Sequence record: SRR22947725_654
Length of the DNA stretch: 64,000 bases
Strand: one strand, 5' to 3'
Positions within the stretch are counted from its first letter, which is position 1. Every line of letters starts with the position of its first letter. Below the pieces are notes generated by a model, which saw nothing but the letters and a program-made list of their open reading frames with translations, did not search any database and had not been told where the DNA came from. The position numbers and the translations under genes were made by a program. Shown piece after piece: positions 1 to 9,345 of this stretch.

Positions 1-117
1 AAACAACTAGATGGAAAAGATATTCCAGTAGTGGAAAAGGGATACAAAAAAATCAAAAAACCTTTTGTTATTGAGTTCATCGAAAATGTTAGACAGAAAT
101 TTAAAAAAATAGACTGA
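1..117 (+). CDS. 3' end of an upstream gene, truncated by the window edge; product unknown
   Basis: Frame +1 is open from base 1 (KQLDGKDIPVVEKGYKKIKKPFVIEFIENVRQKFKKID) to TGA at 115-117, 7 bp before the next ATG. Confidence 0.6.
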   Translation, partial: KQLDGKDIPVVEKGYKKIKKPFVIEFIENVRQKFKKID

Positions 118-124
118 AGATAAA

Positions 125-1366
125 ATGAATCCTAAACAATTAAACATAAACAATGAAACTTATAAGCATTTAGTTTGTATACCGAAAGAAAAAGATCTAG
201 AAAGATTTTATAAAGAATCTTCAGATTTCTATGGTACTAAACTGGTTGAGAATCCGCTAACATTTTCAGTAAAAGATATCTTTAATACATATGTATTTCC
301 AACTGAGATGGGCAGTCATATTTGGAAGGACCATATTGCCGGTAATAATGCAAGGGTTGTTTCATCAGCGTTACAGGCTGGACATAAGTTTATTGCAAAA
401 ACAGTAACGTCGGAGTTTGCCGTTCATGAGCCAACAGGGGCGTTAAATCCTTGGAATGATCAATTCCAGATTGGAACTTCATCTGCAGGAAGTGCAGTGA
501 GTGTTTTTTTGAAAGAGTGTGATTATTCACTTGCAACACAAACTGCAGGCTCTATTGCGAGACCAGCGGCATATTGTGGAGTGATCGGTGTTAAGCCATC
601 ATTTGGATTATTACCAAGAACCGGTATTTTAAAAACATGTGATGCATTTGATACTGTGGGTTTTATGGCGTCAGCCACTAGCAACTTAGCAGAAATTTTT
701 GATACTTTAAGAGTCCACGGAAAAAACTATCCTAATACTACTCTAGTAGATAAGGACTATGCTGACGGTAAAAATAACCTAATTAGAATAGCAAGAATAG
801 ATAATAATTTTGATAAAAATGTTAAGTTTTCTAATGATTCAATAAACGCTCTTAATGATACTTGTCGTATATTGCGTGACAATCAATGTGAGATAATTGA
901 AGCGGTTCAATGGCCAAAATTTATACAAGAGATTCGAGACAGCCACGAACAAATATACAGTCGTTCATTACTATATTACTTTAAAACAGAAGTTAAAGGA
1001 CAAGGAGAAATTTCTAATTCATTTAAAGAAATTATCCAAAGAGGTGAGGATGTTACGGCAGATAATTTCATAGAATTAATTAAAAAACATCAAGTAAATA
1101 TTATAAAGTTTGAAAAATTTATGAAAGAGAATAAGATTGATTTTATAGTGTGTCCAACAGTACATGGTTGTGCTCCAAAAATAAACGAAGATGAAAAACC
1201 TGATTTAAATTTAATATGGACGTACCTCCATTTACCGACTGTTACACTTCCGATAGGAATGGATAAACTAAATAAGTTGCCACTTGGTACTACCTTTGTT
1301 GGACAAAAGTATTCTGATAAATTTCTTTTCCGACTGATCGACGCATGTTTTAATAATGAGAAATAA
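125..1366 (+). CDS. Amidase signature (GatA-like) family protein
   Basis: Ser-cisSer-Lys motifs FSVKD, GTSSAGS, TQTAGSIARPAAYCGVIGVKPS; C-terminal LPLG. Confidence 0.85.
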   Translation: MNPKQLNINNETYKHLVCIPKEKDLERFYKESSDFYGTKLVENPLTFSVKDIFNTYVFPTEMGSHIWKDHIAGNNARVVSSALQAGHKFIAKTVTSEFAVHEPTGALNPWNDQFQIGTSSAGSAVSVFLKECDYSLATQTAGSIARPAAYCGVIGVKPSFGLLPRTGILKTCDAFDTVGFMASATSNLAEIFDTLRVHGKNYPNTTLVDKDYADGKNNLIRIARIDNNFDKNVKFSNDSINALNDTCRILRDNQCEIIEAVQWPKFIQEIRDSHEQIYSRSLLYYFKTEVKGQGEISNSFKEIIQRGEDVTADNFIELIKKHQVNIIKFEKFMKENKIDFIVCPTVHGCAPKINEDEKPDLNLIWTYLHLPTVTLPIGMDKLNKLPLGTTFVGQKYSDKFLFRLIDACFNNEK

Positions 1367-1596
1367 TATTTTCATAATAGGTAGAGTTGTTTATGTTTGT
1401 TCTAGTCATTGTTGGGTGAGTTGGTAAAAAAAATTAACTGAATTAAGATTTATTAATTTTTTATTTCAATCACAACAATTGTTTCATCGCATATGATGAG
1501 GAAAATTTTGATTTATTGTTATGGATAATGCTGCAGTTTTTTTTGACGATCTATCTAATGACATGTCTTTTTGGCTGAAAATTATTAAGGAGAAAT

Positions 1597-2793
1597 ATGA
1601 CTGATTTTGGAATTTTTAAAAAGATCTGGAATTTTCATTTAGAAAGGAGACTGAAAGATGGGCTTTCTTTAGAAAAAGAATCTCTGTTGAAAGATATTCG
1701 TAAAGCAAGTTCAAAATTATATAAGAGAAATTTACACGTCAATAGCGATAATAATTCAAGAAATGTCCTGATAATATATAACAGCCAAAGATTAGTTCCT
1801 GTTGATTTAATGGAAAAGGCGGTACATAATTTTCAAATAATAAACAATCACTCTAATTTGAACCCGATTTTTGTAGATGTTTTTGCGCGTAAATTTCTAC
1901 CGTCTCAAATGAAAATTCTACTACTGAAATCACTTTTAAAGTTAGATTTTAACTCTATTATGGATGGATTTCACAAGGGGCATATGTCTTTACTTGCTAG
2001 TTGTGTAGAAAAGTGGTTTTCGCATAATAAAATAGATTTGATTTGTCTATTTACATCGAATAGTCGCTTAGTGGAATTTTATAGACTTTGTGCGATAAAA
2101 GAAAATATCCAGCATGTTGAATTTTTGCACGGCACAAGTAGTGATTCTTTTGCTGAATATCTTGAACTTTTGGAAGCTTATAGTTTGCATAAGAAGGTCA
2201 AGAACTATTATGTTAATTTGTGTCCTGACCTGCCACAACCGCCCGCTATATATAATAATTTATTATATTATGACAATAAACAGGTTTTCTTTAGGAATGA
2301 ACGAGAGTGGGAAAAGCCTTTAGAAATAACATACGACGTACTTATTGTTGGAGGGAATTCAGTCGATAAAAATTATGTTGATACGCGATTTTTTGATATT
2401 GAAATTTCGGCAATGAATGACTTGCTTTCTAAAGATTTGAATGTAGTTTATTGTCCTCATCCAAGCAATGTAAACTTTATTAATGAGGATATTATCCCTA
2501 AGGGTGTCACTATTTCAATGCTTTATAATGTGATTAATTCTGCTAAAGTCATTATAGGAGGAGATAGTTGCGCTTTATTTACATCTCATTTACTTGGGAA
2601 AAGTGTATTAATTTTTCCAGAATTTTGGAGTTTAATACCCGCGAATTTAATTGCTATTTTTGACGAAAAACAGCGATATACCTATTCGATTAAACATTTA
2701 ATAGGATTGACTGTCCTGAATAAAAATATTAGTGGTATTAAAAACATCGATTTTATTAATATATTGAGCTTACATGATAAAGTTAATAAGTAA
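1597..2793 (+). CDS. Hypothetical polysaccharide biosynthesis protein, possibly GT-B fold (sialyl/ulosonic-acid transferase-like)
   Basis: 398-aa ORF with SD AAGGAG; EFLHG and YCPHP motifs plus GDSCALF resemble the HG/HP/SS-type motifs of GT-B capsule proteins; cluster context. Confidence 0.45.
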   Translation: MTDFGIFKKIWNFHLERRLKDGLSLEKESLLKDIRKASSKLYKRNLHVNSDNNSRNVLIIYNSQRLVPVDLMEKAVHNFQIINNHSNLNPIFVDVFARKFLPSQMKILLLKSLLKLDFNSIMDGFHKGHMSLLASCVEKWFSHNKIDLICLFTSNSRLVEFYRLCAIKENIQHVEFLHGTSSDSFAEYLELLEAYSLHKKVKNYYVNLCPDLPQPPAIYNNLLYYDNKQVFFRNEREWEKPLEITYDVLIVGGNSVDKNYVDTRFFDIEISAMNDLLSKDLNVVYCPHPSNVNFINEDIIPKGVTISMLYNVINSAKVIIGGDSCALFTSHLLGKSVLIFPEFWSLIPANLIAIFDEKQRYTYSIKHLIGLTVLNKNISGIKNIDFINILSLHDKVNK

Positions 2794-2912
2794 ATTTTTA
2801 CATTGTAATTGCTAGTGTGTTTTAATTTAGTTTCATATAAGGCAAGTCAAGATAAAAAAATCTGTCTAGCTAGCGTTGAAAATTTACCATATCCTAATCT
2901 TTAATATATATT

Positions 2913-3923
2913 ATGATTAATTCAAAAATTGCATATTTACTAAATCCTTATGAACTAATTTTTCAAGATAAAATTATTGATGACGACAGTCTTGAAAGTG
3001 GATTCATTCTATGTGAAACACTTGTTTCTGTTGTTTCCCCGGGTACCGAAATTGCTGCTTATACTGGCGTGCCACCTCTAAGACCCGGAAATGCCTACCC
3101 AAGGTTGGTAGGTTATTGTAATGTGGCTCGTGTAATCAAAGTTGGTACTAATGTTTCATCTGTATCAGAAGGAGATAGGGTGCTCACTGGCTCCTGTCAT
3201 TGTAGTCACTTCCTTATTCCCGAAAGTGATATTTTTGCAGTTGTTCCAGATGCTGTAGAGAGTCAACATGCAGCTTGCGCTTATTTGTTTCACTTAGGAT
3301 ACGATACTGTGATTAAATCTGGTATTAGCTATGGAAGCTCTGTTGTAGTTTTAGGCTTGGGGGTTCTTGGACTTGGGGCGGTTGCCATGTCATCAAGAGC
3401 AGGTGCAAATGTTTATGCAGTTAGTGATTATTCTACCCCTAATGAGATTGCAAAGACATTTGGAGCAAATCGTGTCTTTAGCCGTGCTAAGTTTGCGGAT
3501 TTGAAAAACTTACTTGGTGATCGTCTTTCTGATGTTGTTATTAGTACATCAAATAGTTGGCTAGATTGGGATTTTGCATTACAAATTGCTGGAAGAAATA
3601 GTTTTATTGGGGTTATCGGATTTCCAGGAAGGGGTTTAAATTCACCCAAAAACAACCCACTTGATAGTCAATATTTTTATGATAAACAACTGCATATCCA
3701 GGCAGTGGGACATGCGCCAGTAGAGAATGATGCAAGGCAATTTCTTAAATTTAATCAAAAAGATAACTTATCATTTATTCTTTCAGAGATTGAAGCGGGT
3801 TATTTAAATCCAGACTTATTAATTTCTGGCGTATTTTCTTGGGATAAATTAGAAGATGCTTACAATGGCTTAATAGAAAGAGTCGACTCTCCAATAACAT
3901 ATGCGTTAGAATGGAAAAAATAA
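2913..3923 (+). CDS. Medium-chain (zinc-binding-type) dehydrogenase/reductase
   Basis: GroES-like N-terminus SPGTE...VGYCNVA...GDRV; Rossmann motif GLGVLG. Confidence 0.8.
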   Translation: MINSKIAYLLNPYELIFQDKIIDDDSLESGFILCETLVSVVSPGTEIAAYTGVPPLRPGNAYPRLVGYCNVARVIKVGTNVSSVSEGDRVLTGSCHCSHFLIPESDIFAVVPDAVESQHAACAYLFHLGYDTVIKSGISYGSSVVVLGLGVLGLGAVAMSSRAGANVYAVSDYSTPNEIAKTFGANRVFSRAKFADLKNLLGDRLSDVVISTSNSWLDWDFALQIAGRNSFIGVIGFPGRGLNSPKNNPLDSQYFYDKQLHIQAVGHAPVENDARQFLKFNQKDNLSFILSEIEAGYLNPDLLISGVFSWDKLEDAYNGLIERVDSPITYALEWKK

Positions 3924-4972
3924 AAAGTGCAGTTATTGGGTGTGGGCGCATGGGCGCCTTTCCTAGTGACACCATGAAAAAATATGGCCCCAAATGTTGG
4001 TTTCCGTTGAGCCACATTGAGGCGTTAAAAGAGTTTGGCGATATTTCCTTAGAGGCTATTTGTGATGTAAATTCTTCATTACTGGAAAAAGCTAAAGGTG
4101 AGTATGGAATCAAGCATACCTATAATAATTATAATGAGCTTTTCAGTAATCATAAGATTGATCTACTTTGTATTGCCACTAGAACGTTAGAACGTGAAAA
4201 AATTATTCAAGTTGGAATTGAGCATGGTATTAAGGCATTTCACCTAGAAAAGCCACTATGTAATTCAGTAAAGCAATTGAACAAATTGGAATCTTTAGTT
4301 GTTAATAACAAAGTGTGCTTGAGTTATGGTACTTTACGTCGCTATTTATACATTTATCAAAAAGCAAAAGATTTAGTAGATTCAGGTAAGTTTGGAAAAC
4401 TATTGCAGGTCCAAGTTAATTTTGGTGAGGCTGCACTATTCTGGACTCATCCACACTCAGTAGATTTGATTTTATTTTTTTCAGGAAAAAGGAAATTAGC
4501 GTCTATTCAATCCCGCCTTTCCAATGTTGTGGAGATAAGAGATAATGTTGTGGAATCTGATCCTATTATTGAGCAAGCCATGATGTATTTTGATGATGGA
4601 TTGGTTGGGAGTATTAGCAAAATTCCTGGTATGGATGTTGTGTTAGGCTGTGAGAGAGGTGTGATCACTGTAGAGTCCAATGGTAAGGGGATAGTCATTA
4701 AACAGTCATTTAATGACGCACCATATTTTGAATTTTCGAAAGACTTGATAACTGACAGTTGCAATAAGCCCCAGGGCACATACTCTGCAATATCTAATTT
4801 ACTTAAAAATTTGAATAATAAGGATTACCAGAAGAATCAATTTGTTTTTTTAGGTCAGAAAGTGTTATTTGGATTTGTTGATTCGCATTTAAATAATGGA
4901 AAGTTAATTGATATAGATAGGGTATCTGAGAAAATCACAGTGCTGGGGAAAACTGGAATTTTTTATGCTTAG
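3911..4972 (+). CDS. Gfo/Idh/MocA family oxidoreductase
   Basis: N-terminal VIGCGRMG, EKP motif (LEKPL), HSVD; overlaps the upstream gene. Confidence 0.85.
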   Translation: MEKIKSAVIGCGRMGAFPSDTMKKYGPKCWFPLSHIEALKEFGDISLEAICDVNSSLLEKAKGEYGIKHTYNNYNELFSNHKIDLLCIATRTLEREKIIQVGIEHGIKAFHLEKPLCNSVKQLNKLESLVVNNKVCLSYGTLRRYLYIYQKAKDLVDSGKFGKLLQVQVNFGEAALFWTHPHSVDLILFFSGKRKLASIQSRLSNVVEIRDNVVESDPIIEQAMMYFDDGLVGSISKIPGMDVVLGCERGVITVESNGKGIVIKQSFNDAPYFEFSKDLITDSCNKPQGTYSAISNLLKNLNNKDYQKNQFVFLGQKVLFGFVDSHLNNGKLIDIDRVSEKITVLGKTGIFYA

Positions 4973-4999
4973 GGTTTTTTTTTATAAACGAGGTATTAT

Positions 5000-5737
5000 A
5001 TGATTAATAAGTCAAGTTTTGTTACTGATGAGGTTGTATTTAATGTTAAGTCAGCAATGAAAAAAAATCAATATTTCATTATCCCTAAAGCTTATTCTAA
5101 AATTTATTGTGACAAAATTCGCAGACAATTAGATGATTTTAATAAAGGTTCGGGAGTAGAGTCTAACTATAATGCCTCGGAAATGCGAGTATGGTCAGCA
5201 CAGAAGCGTACTCCGGAAATAAATCAGTTCTTCATTGATTCAAATGAATTAATTACCAGGGTTTCTGGGAAGAACAGCCAAGCTGGAACCGTGCTAGCGA
5301 TTACGAATACTGCTTTAAAGGTGCATGATAAATTCAATCTGAAAAATAGGTGGCATATTGATTCTTGGCGTTCTCAGTTAAAAGTTTTTTTATGGGTTAG
5401 TGATACTACAGATGAGTCAGGACCTTTAGAATTTATACCCAATACCCATAAGCTGAGCTTTCGATTACGTAAGGCATGTGAACCTGGTTTTTTCTTTGAT
5501 ATGAAAACCATATTTAAAAAAAATGTCAATAGGCCTTATCAAGGTATTTCTGATGAAAAAATCCAGTTACTCTTTAATCGGGGGTATAAAACGCATCCTG
5601 TCCTAGTTCCTGCTGGTACAGTAATGGTTATCAACTCTTCGTATTTGATTCATAGAGCTAGACCATGTCTAAGAGGCAGTCGATATGCATTAACAGCGTA
5701 TTTTGACGTTTCAGAAGATAAATATAATAAGGATTGA
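5000..5737 (+). CDS. Fe(II)/2-oxoglutarate dioxygenase, phytanoyl-CoA dioxygenase (PhyH) family
   Basis: HxD (WHID), GPLEFIPNTH, distal His (LIHRA) and Arg (SRY); SD GAGG. Confidence 0.75.
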   Translation: MINKSSFVTDEVVFNVKSAMKKNQYFIIPKAYSKIYCDKIRRQLDDFNKGSGVESNYNASEMRVWSAQKRTPEINQFFIDSNELITRVSGKNSQAGTVLAITNTALKVHDKFNLKNRWHIDSWRSQLKVFLWVSDTTDESGPLEFIPNTHKLSFRLRKACEPGFFFDMKTIFKKNVNRPYQGISDEKIQLLFNRGYKTHPVLVPAGTVMVINSSYLIHRARPCLRGSRYALTAYFDVSEDKYNKD

Positions 5738-6168
5738 TTAGGTCTAGATAAATTACATTAAGAATTGAAGGTATGCTTAACTGATTGTATCGAGAGAATT
5801 TTATTACTCAATTTATAATCGCCCAACAAACTTGGAGTTATTTTAGAAGTTGATAGGGTTCTACAGAGAAAATTCCTTAAGGCTATTTTTAATACTTCAT
5901 CAAAGGTTTATATGGACGTATGAGAGTTGTAGCAATGAGTTTTATAAATTAGTTTTTGTATGGTTATATTATGTTTTTAAATAATTCCTCAAGTTTGAGT
6001 CAGCCCTTAGAAGAGTTGAAAAGATTCAAATTGATTTTTAAAATAATTAGTGATTAAAGTGAACTATCCAATCGGGGGCGAGTTGTTTTAATGTACATCT
6101 CGTCGTACTGCCATGTTCCAGCAGTAGGGTATTCTATTTTGTAAATTTAGTCTTTTAATAATTATGTT

Positions 6169-7416
6169 ATGTTTTTAAAGAAATCTTCAGGTTACAGTGA
6201 GTATTTATTGATGCGTGTTAAAGAGGTTTTAAATTTAGGTGTTTTTGCCCGCGTTTTACTGGTTATTGTTAAGCCATTGTGTTTACTACTTGCATTGCGA
6301 TTTGATGCTGATGCGGGTGTTGGTTTGGCGCAAGTTTTTTTGCTAGGTGTCTTGGTGGTGTCATTTGTCGGATCTAATGCACATAAGCGTTTCTACGAGA
6401 TCCAATTTTCTACCGAAGGAGCTTCAGACTATTCGGTACAAAGATATTATTTTCGTTACCTGCATATTTTAATAAGGCAGTTTTTGTTGATTTTAGTTAT
6501 TCTTTCATTATTATTATTATTATTATTTCATGGGAGTGTAGCAGTTATATGTGCTGGTATTGCCTTTGGCGTGGGTGAAAAGATTAACGACGAGTATCAG
6601 CGTTATGCTCAGTTTTGTAATGACTCTAATAAATTGCTGATGTTGGCCATATCAAAGTCTATTGCGGCTTTGATTGCAATATTGATATCTTATTTCGGTG
6701 TGATAGACACCTATTTGCCATTTTCCGTCTTAATTTTGCTTGGTGCGGTGGTTGTTAGCTTCAAGGGAGTTACAAGTAGTTTTAAAAGCTTAAAAAAGAG
6801 TGTCCGCGTTTCTTTGATTTCGACATTACGCGCTAGTTTTAGATATTTAAAATCAGATGCAAGCCAGATAGTTTGGGTGTTTACAGGCATGACGTTAATG
6901 AGTATAGACAAGTGGCTTGTTCAATATATTGATAGTGAGACACTACCTACATATATGCTTATGTTTCAAATAGCTGCTGTTGCTATTGTATTTCAAACTA
7001 TTTTCTTGGTGGCGCCTGTTCGAGTTAGATTAATCAAGGAAAATCCGTGGGACATAAAGCCAATCAAAATAGGATCGCCAATAATATCCTTTCTGACTGC
7101 TGCAGTTGGTTTATTTGTTTACTTATATCAGAGCCATATTCCGGGGGGTCTAGCTAATGGTTATTTTGCATTTTTTATTGCTGCTATATTTGTTTACTCG
7201 GTTCCATACAGTGAGCGAATATACTGGGTGATTAGCTCAAATAGTAGAATGCTTATTGATATTGTTTTTATTATTGGCTATATATTAGCTATTTCTTTAT
7301 ATGCTAATTTTATTAAAGTAGAGGATATATTGACAGAGTGTTTAGCCATGTTGTCAGTCATGCTAATATTTCGACTTATCTTTTTGAGATATTTATTGCT
7401 AAATGTTAAAGAGTAG
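6169..7416 (+). CDS. Multi-pass membrane protein, probable Wzx-like oligosaccharide flippase
   Basis: About 11-12 hydrophobic segments, SIDKWLV motif, polysaccharide cluster context; the true start may be the downstream Met. Confidence 0.55.
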   Translation: MFLKKSSGYSEYLLMRVKEVLNLGVFARVLLVIVKPLCLLLALRFDADAGVGLAQVFLLGVLVVSFVGSNAHKRFYEIQFSTEGASDYSVQRYYFRYLHILIRQFLLILVILSLLLLLLFHGSVAVICAGIAFGVGEKINDEYQRYAQFCNDSNKLLMLAISKSIAALIAILISYFGVIDTYLPFSVLILLGAVVVSFKGVTSSFKSLKKSVRVSLISTLRASFRYLKSDASQIVWVFTGMTLMSIDKWLVQYIDSETLPTYMLMFQIAAVAIVFQTIFLVAPVRVRLIKENPWDIKPIKIGSPIISFLTAAVGLFVYLYQSHIPGGLANGYFAFFIAAIFVYSVPYSERIYWVISSNSRMLIDIVFIIGYILAISLYANFIKVEDILTECLAMLSVMLIFRLIFLRYLLLNVKE

Positions 7417-7430
7417 CTATGTTTCAATAT

Positions 7431-8060
7431 GGACTATTTACAACTTAAGCATGTTTAAAGCCTGTTAAAATTCTGTTGTGAAAGTAAAAAACAAGTATGT
7501 AATTTTTTCCCGTATTTCAGAGTCTTAATTTAGACAAATAATTTTGTTATTTTCTGAGGATTTGAGTGCAACTTAAATCTCTCATTTAACAATGTTAAGT
7601 AGTTAAAAAATTAACAAATATTTGACCGATATTAGGCTTATGATCTTGGAATTATCCATGCTTCAATCTGCCACTGCTAGTGGGGCAGATTGAAGTCGAT
7701 GAGTCTTATTTTGGCGCATGGCGCGTCCGTGGAAAATGCGGCCGTGGTGCTAAAGATAAAACCAGTATTGACATTGTTATTCATTCATATGGTTGGCGTC
7801 GTTATAATGGACTTGTAGAGTTTGGTTATAAGAAGCATTTTAGAGCGCACCTAAGTAAGAATGAATTTGCCAGTGGCAATTCACATATTAACGGCATTGA
7901 ATCATTCTGGGGTTGTGCTAAAAATAGATTGGTAAAATTTAAAGGAATAAACAAAAGTATGTTTAATTTGAACCTAAAAGAATATGAATTTAGATGCAAA
8001 ATCGTAAGCAAAATTTTACTTGTAATTTTTAGAAAAGAAGCGACTAAGTTGTCATGACCC
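7431..8060 (+). mobile_element. Degenerate IS1595-family (IS1016/ISXO2-like) insertion sequence
   Basis: Imperfect terminal IRs: left GGACTATTTACAACTTA (from 7431), right reverse-complement GGGTCATGACAACTTA (from 8060). Flanked by an 8-bp direct repeat with one mismatch, TTCAATAT (7423-7430) / TTCAAAAT (8061-8068). Contains a transposase remnant. Confidence 0.85.
7478..8057 (+). pseudogene. IS1595-family DDE transposase pseudogene
   Basis: KNKY..SRISE N-terminus, GQIEVDESYFG, RGKCGRGA, HINGIESFW, LKEYEFR. In-frame TAA at 7526, 7574 and 7604; frameshift near 7670; second catalytic Asp reads Tyr (HSYG); apparent internal deletion after GAKDK. Confidence 0.9.
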
Positions 8061-9343
8061 TTCAAAATTACGATAATGGGCGCAGCTCAGGGCAGCTGAA
8101 GTCGTCTTATAGTTTCTTTTCTAGAGGCTCAAAAATACTTCTTGCCTTACTTTTTATAGATTATATAATCCCGTTGATTTTAAATATTGCCTTTAAGCCG
8201 TATCCAATATTTAAGCTTCCTTTAGAATCGTCAGCTACTATGCTGAGTGTAGTGCTCTCAATTTGTGTATTTTTTTTTGCAATCATGTTTGCAAGCTTAA
8301 CACCTTCTATTGTGCCAAGTAAAAGGGTGCCGATTCGCCCTATACCTAATTGGATTTTGATGCTATTTTTTGGATTGTGCGCATTGTATAGTGGGCATTT
8401 AATGCTAAACGGTTTGTCAGGATGGAGGTATGCTGCCACAGGTATATCCGACAGCGGAGGTCAAATGTTGTTTGTAGCTATTCTCCAAAGTCTATTGCCA
8501 TTCGTTTGTTTTTGGCTATTGATAACAGACCATCGATTGTTGCTTTCATGGAGACGTAATGATGTACTGTTGAAATTACTAATAGCAATAGCTCTAATTA
8601 CATCTATTAATGGCCTTGGTTTTGCAATTGTTGTAATACTCTTTTTAGGTATATTTCTTAGACCCGTATTCGCATTGAGCATGTTGTTTTCATCGAAAAT
8701 AGCGAGCCCTAAAAAAAAGAAAGCAATAAGCGGAATCGTATTGATTTTGATATTGCTTCTTCCAATAGGCATCATAGGACTATCTGCCAAGCAGAACAAT
8801 GCGTCAGCAGCCGCACTATTGTCCGAGTATAGTTCAAAAGAGTACTGGATTAATCGCCACTCGACACATCTTGCATTTGCAGCTTCGTCGATTCAAGAAG
8901 GAGGTGATATCGAGAATTTATCTTTACCCATGAAGACACTGTACTTCAGGGTTCACTATTTAACAGGATTGGGAGCGCGTGTCGATAGGCCAGAGATAGG
9001 ATCCTTGGCCCGTTTAACTGTTGAAAAGTACGCAAATTTTGATATAACGAGACACACTAGAATGGGAGCTTCCCCTGGAATTATTGCCTCATTTGCCATA
9101 ATATTTCCCTATGAAATTTCTTTGATATTTATATTTATATTTGTATTTCTCTTGATAAAAGTTACTGACTATATTCTTGCAAGGCAGCCAGAGTTATCTT
9201 GGTTGGGGGCTTCAGTCTTTGCTTATTTGTCATTTACATATGTAACAAATTCGCCTATTGATCTGATTGCTCCATCACCAATTAGTTTAATAATTTTATT
9301 TATTATTATTGCCGCCACAAGGCGTCAAGTTAATCGGGATTAG
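8054..9343 (+). CDS. Multi-pass membrane protein, probable Wzy-like O-antigen polymerase
   Basis: About 10-11 TM segments with a large hydrophilic loop in the C-terminal half; lies between the flippase-like gene and a GT4 gene. Confidence 0.55.
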   Translation: MTLQNYDNGRSSGQLKSSYSFFSRGSKILLALLFIDYIIPLILNIAFKPYPIFKLPLESSATMLSVVLSICVFFFAIMFASLTPSIVPSKRVPIRPIPNWILMLFFGLCALYSGHLMLNGLSGWRYAATGISDSGGQMLFVAILQSLLPFVCFWLLITDHRLLLSWRRNDVLLKLLIAIALITSINGLGFAIVVILFLGIFLRPVFALSMLFSSKIASPKKKKAISGIVLILILLLPIGIIGLSAKQNNASAAALLSEYSSKEYWINRHSTHLAFAASSIQEGGDIENLSLPMKTLYFRVHYLTGLGARVDRPEIGSLARLTVEKYANFDITRHTRMGASPGIIASFAIIFPYEISLIFIFIFVFLLIKVTDYILARQPELSWLGASVFAYLSFTYVTNSPIDLIAPSPISLIILFIIIAATRRQVNRD

Positions 9344-9345
9344 TT

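Noticed and set aside
6508-6525. (TTA)n microsatellite in the flippase-like gene
   Set aside because: It encodes a short Leu run in a TM helix; triplet slippage would not shift the frame.
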